Source: Adineta vaga | Taxonomy: Eukaryota; Animalia; Rotifera | Direction: 5' to 3' | DNA: 64,000 bases | Assembly (NCBI GenBank): GCA_021613535.1 | Contig: CP075493.1 | Location: 15,624,001 to 15,688,000 of the forward strand | In this document: piece by piece, positions 59,573-64,000 of the stretch | How the letters are laid out: every line of letters begins with the position of its first letter | Numbering within the stretch: the stretch's first letter is position 1 | Made by a program: the position numbers and the translations under genes | The notes under the pieces: generated by a model | What the model was told of the DNA's origin: nothing | The model's database searches: none | What the model saw: only the letters and a program-made list of their open reading frames with translations

Positions 59573-61476
59573 CTAATTCATAAAGAAATGCTACAATAGA
59601 AATAATTCAATTAATTTAGTCATTAAGTTGTTGTTCTTTTGCAGAAAGAAATCTATAATCTACACATGATTCAACTGTGAAATTCTATCATCCTATCCAA
59701 ATAGATCACTCTTTCTTCTTTTATAGAAAATGAACAAAATTTTTCTGCAGTTTGATTAACTAAAAGGGAATAATAATGAAAATATATTGACTTTAAATAT
59801 TTATAATTTGATCTATCTCTGTGCATAGTATCATTTCATTCTTTAGATATTTTATAATATTACGACAGTATGGTCAGCACAACGAAATTATAATCATAAA
59901 GTATTGAATGATATCACATGTGTTCAGCTTCAAAAATATCTCTTATTTATAATCAATCTTTTCTCGTTTTTCCAATTATTTGTCTATTCTGTATCTTGCA
60001 CAATTTGGATGTATTCTCTCCTTCAGTTTTTTCTGTTTTTTACTTATTTTTCTTACTATAAGTATGTACAATCCTATCTTTATAATTATCATTGTGCGCA
60101 TTGAAGTAAATCATTTATATACTTTATAGTGAGACGTATCTTGATGTTTCACACACAAAAATACTTTGATCAAGAAGCATTCACAATTGAAATATATCCT
60201 ATGAGACAAAGTTTCATAACTTCAATAGTAAATCACACTTATCAAAAATATATTATGAAAGCACTTTTGTTTGGTATTTAGCGTAATGTGTTTTTTTTTA
60301 TGTCTAAGTAAAGTTCTCGATATCTATGGTCAATAAGTCGTTAGATGTGGTTTATGTTTATATTGATCGATTAGATGTACTAACAAAATTTGGCGTTCAT
60401 CATTTGTTCAAATGCGGAAACCAATATATGTGTGAATGAAAAGAAGATATTCATTTATTAAATTGTGATCTAACAAATAGCATCTAATAAAACAGTTTGA
60501 ACAAAACGTCCATGCAATTCAAACTTTTAGTAAAAACTTTCTTCCTGTCGAAAAAAAGAAAATCTTTAGCTTTGTTCATTTTTCCAGATTCAACATCAAC
60601 AACTGATTTTAGATGCCAAAATTTATGGATGGCGACGCTTCGAATTTCATCGACTCTTACAGGAATGAGTCGATTTTGTAAACCTATCTACTTTTTATTA
60701 CGTAAGTGGTATAGTCAAATATTTTATCAAATTTGACTCCCCATATCACCAGTCAAAAAGTTACGCATCGCTGTTTTTTTCTTCCTTTTCATGTATTGAG
60801 AAAGAACGTGGTTATTAAATCAAGAAGAGAACGGGAAGGTCATTCTTATATAAAATACTTATTTTTCATTCAAATCAGCTTAAAATTTATCCACATAAAC
60901 AAAATCTTATAAGAAATCGACAAGATATACATTTGAGGCACTCGTCAATAGATGAGTTGCTTGAATCCGAAATCGTTACGTTTGACTAGTACTACTCTGA
61001 TGCATTGCGCGATTTTAGGATAGTTGTAAAAGATGTTATCTTAAAAAGAAAGACATTTGTTACACGTAACTCTAGATCTATTGTAGTTAATCAATATATG
61101 GTTTTCAAGAGACTTTTTAAAGCTGATTTGAATATAAAATAGTATTTGAAGCTGAGTCTGAAAAATAAACAAAATTTTTACTAAAAGTTTGAATTGCATG
61201 CACCTTACCTACAAGGTACTCTAGCTTACGATGAGAACAGCGGTTCTACTTTGAAATTCAAATCTATCTAGTTCATTTGAGTTTTTAATTAAATATTTAT
61301 ATATCTCTGAGATTTTTCTATGATAGTATATTCAAAAAGTTGATACTTTTCATATACAGGTTTTATTTAACGTTAACACAATGTTTTTCATACATATCGC
61401 ATCAATTTTAGATGAGGAAGTTGTTTTAACATACTTTATAAAACATAAATTAGTGCCTTTTGATACGAAAGAGAAT

Positions 61477-64000
61477 ATGAATGAACAAATACCTTTATTA
61501 GAAAAAAATACAAATTCAAATGTTCATAAGAATACAGAACATCGACATCTATCTCAAATCGATTGGGCAGAAGCATCATGGATTAGATGGTGGCGCGTAG
61601 CATGCTTTATGTGGGTTATACCAATTCTTCGATTAGGTTACAAACAACCATTGACAGATGATGATTTAGATGACTTACCAAATAAAGATAAATCAAGATT
61701 ATTACTAAATGAATTCAACATATATGATTGGACAATAACAAATATTTGGTATGTAATTACAAAAACATTTTGGAAAGATTTTCTATTCAGTGGAATACTT
61801 CTCATACCTTATATGGCAATGCGTTTAGTACAACCATTACTTCTTCGACAGATTTTTTTATTTATTGTCAATGATCAACCATTCTCTTCTTCAGAATACT
61901 TCTATATCATCGTATTATTCATTTGTTCAATAATTCCTCCATTTATCTTTCAACAATCTTCATTTCGTATTATTCGTCTTGGATTAAGAATTCGAAATGC
62001 TTTAACATCACTTATTTATGCTCGTCTTTTATCAACGAATGCAGCAGCATTACAACAAATAAATACTGGACACATAATCAATTTAGTTACTAATGATACA
62101 GCAAAGTTTTCCGATTCATCGATTTATTTACATTTTATATGGGAAGGACCACTTGAAGCAATCGTTGCTTTTGTTTTTCTATGTCGGATTATTGGATTAT
62201 TTCCTACGCTATGTGGTTATTTTGTACTTCTCTTATTAATTCCTTTTCAAATATTATTCAGTCGAAAACTTAGTCAATATTATGAGAGAGTAACAAAACT
62301 TACTGATAAACGTTTACAAGCATTTGATGAACTTATCAATGGATGTCATGTTATTAAAATGTATAATTGGGAAGAACCAATTCAAAACCGAATCTATGCA
62401 TTGCGTAAAGATGAATCAGCCGGTTTTCGACAAGCTGCTCGATTACGAGCATACAATATGAGTTTATTCTTTTCTTTTCTACCATTAATTCTTCTTATTA
62501 CATTTAGTAGTAGTTGGCTTTTTGGTCAGCCATTAAATGCTATTGACTTGTTTACAGCTGCGTCTATCTATGCTGTAATACGATCACCTTTACTTAGTTT
62601 CTTTCCGATAGCTTTGGAAAAATTGATTCAAACAAAGATAGCTATGAAACGAATTGACACATTCATCCAATTACAACAAATTAATCAACAATTATTTCTT
62701 TCGTCTAAAATCGATGATCAACAACAAAAAGGAAGAATTGTTATGCAAAATGCTTCATTTTCATGGCAAGATAAAATGATTTGTCTCTCATCAATTGATA
62801 TTGATATAAAACCCGGCTCACTTGTGAGCATCATCGGACCAATTGGTTCTGGTAAATCATCATTATTCTATGCCATTCTTGGTGAAATGAATCGTTTAAA
62901 TGGTGAAATAAATATGAATGGAAGTTCAATTTCTTATGTATCGCAATCTGCTTGGATATTTTCTGATACTATACGTGCTAATATTCTTCTTGATAAAACA
63001 TTTAATAAAGAACGATATTCAAATATATTACGTGCCTGTTGTCTTGATGTTGATATTAATGCGTTTGGACCAAGTAGTGATCTGACAGTAATCGGTGAGA
63101 AGGGAATGACGTTGAGTGGAGGTCAGAAAACACGAATATCATTAGCACGTGCTTTATATATGGATGCTGATATATATCTATTGGATGATCCTTTGGCTTC
63201 TGTTGATAATAGAGTAGCTGAAGAAATCTATAGTCGATGCATCGGACCAGATGGTTTTTTAAACAAAAAAACTCGACTTTTAATCACGCATCAAACTAAA
63301 TACTTGTCAAATTCTGATAAAATACTTTATTTTTGTGATGGTCAAATTCAATCACAAGGTTTTTATAATGAATTACAAATGAAACATAGAATCATTGATC
63401 GAATCGATGAGAAGAATAGTTCAGAAATATCACAATTGTCTGAAATGCTTAATACGGAACAATCGAGTATTGATACACGATCGATCATCGACGATGAAAT
63501 ATTAACTCAAGGTAGTGTTAGCTGGTCCGTATGGCGACATTTACTTATCGATTCGCCGATTGGTTGGTTTGGTTTATGTCTATTGATTATTTTATTGACT
63601 TTTGGGCAAATATTTTATGATAGTTCTAACATAATACTTCGCATTTGGTTAAAACAAATATCTACTGATCAACAATTTCAATCCGTTTTTTTCTATATAT
63701 ATATTATAATAACATTATCTACTTTATTAGTAGCTTTTTTACGTTCGGATTACTTCTTTCATGTGTTTTTGATTGGTACAAATCATCTTCATAATACAAT
63801 GCTTAATAGATTAATAAATACATCAGTAAGATTTTTTGAAACTAATCCAAGTGGACGTATTTTAAATAGAGCAGGTCGAGATCAATATATTATCGATGAA
63901 ATATTGCCTATAACATTGTTTGATTCTACACAATCATTATTAATGACAATTGGTTCACTATTTATTATCATCATACTTAATCCATGGACTTTATCTATAT
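61477..64000 (+). CDS. ABCC (MRP4-like) transporter, 5' part; absent from the ORF track because it has no stop in the window
   Basis: Frame open from 61381; LGYKQPLTDDDL, IKMYNWE, Walker A GPIGSGKSS, signature LSGGQK, Walker B IYLLDDP, FFETNPSGRILNR in TMD2. Confidence 0.92.
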   Translation, partial: MNEQIPLLEKNTNSNVHKNTEHRHLSQIDWAEASWIRWWRVACFMWVIPILRLGYKQPLTDDDLDDLPNKDKSRLLLNEFNIYDWTITNIWYVITKTFWKDFLFSGILLIPYMAMRLVQPLLLRQIFLFIVNDQPFSSSEYFYIIVLFICSIIPPFIFQQSSFRIIRLGLRIRNALTSLIYARLLSTNAAALQQINTGHIINLVTNDTAKFSDSSIYLHFIWEGPLEAIVAFVFLCRIIGLFPTLCGYFVLLLLIPFQILFSRKLSQYYERVTKLTDKRLQAFDELINGCHVIKMYNWEEPIQNRIYALRKDESAGFRQAARLRAYNMSLFFSFLPLILLITFSSSWLFGQPLNAIDLFTAASIYAVIRSPLLSFFPIALEKLIQTKIAMKRIDTFIQLQQINQQLFLSSKIDDQQQKGRIVMQNASFSWQDKMICLSSIDIDIKPGSLVSIIGPIGSGKSSLFYAILGEMNRLNGEINMNGSSISYVSQSAWIFSDTIRANILLDKTFNKERYSNILRACCLDVDINAFGPSSDLTVIGEKGMTLSGGQKTRISLARALYMDADIYLLDDPLASVDNRVAEEIYSRCIGPDGFLNKKTRLLITHQTKYLSNSDKILYFCDGQIQSQGFYNELQMKHRIIDRIDEKNSSEISQLSEMLNTEQSSIDTRSIIDDEILTQGSVSWSVWRHLLIDSPIGWFGLCLLIILLTFGQIFYDSSNIILRIWLKQISTDQQFQSVFFYIYIIITLSTLLVAFLRSDYFFHVFLIGTNHLHNTMLNRLINTSVRFFETNPSGRILNRAGRDQYIIDEILPITLFDSTQSLLMTIGSLFIIIILNPWTLSI

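Overview
AT-rich eukaryotic DNA with short (~45-60 bp) GT-AG introns. Gene content (orphan rhodopsin GPCRs, metacaspase-NHL fusion, ART, LDLa/EGF GPCR, TGTGGG repeats, gypsy element with an SGNH ORF3) points to a bdelloid rotifer (inference). The centrepiece is a nested mobile structure. A young Ty3/gypsy LTR retrotransposon (29138-50428, minus strand, GGAAA target-site duplication, gag / -1 frameshift / pol / SGNH-hydrolase ORF3) has its 3' LTR split by a 12.8-kb Foldback/Mutator-like DNA transposon (29379-42162) with 1.2-1.8 kb modular TIRs. That DNA transposon encodes (i) a 10-exon DDE transposase fused to a USP/papain-like cysteine protease, (ii) a small 4-exon type-I membrane protein and (iii) an intronless env/class-I fusion glycoprotein-like ORF, so it appears to be a cut-and-paste transposon with virus-like envelope cargo. 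Also notable: a 3-exon gene in which each exon is one copy of a two-TM Cys-rich module (possible covalently linked trimeric channel), several bacterial-looking genes, and MITEs with telomere-like ends. Exon models and coordinates were derived by hand; family assignments are by motif recognition, with no database searches run.
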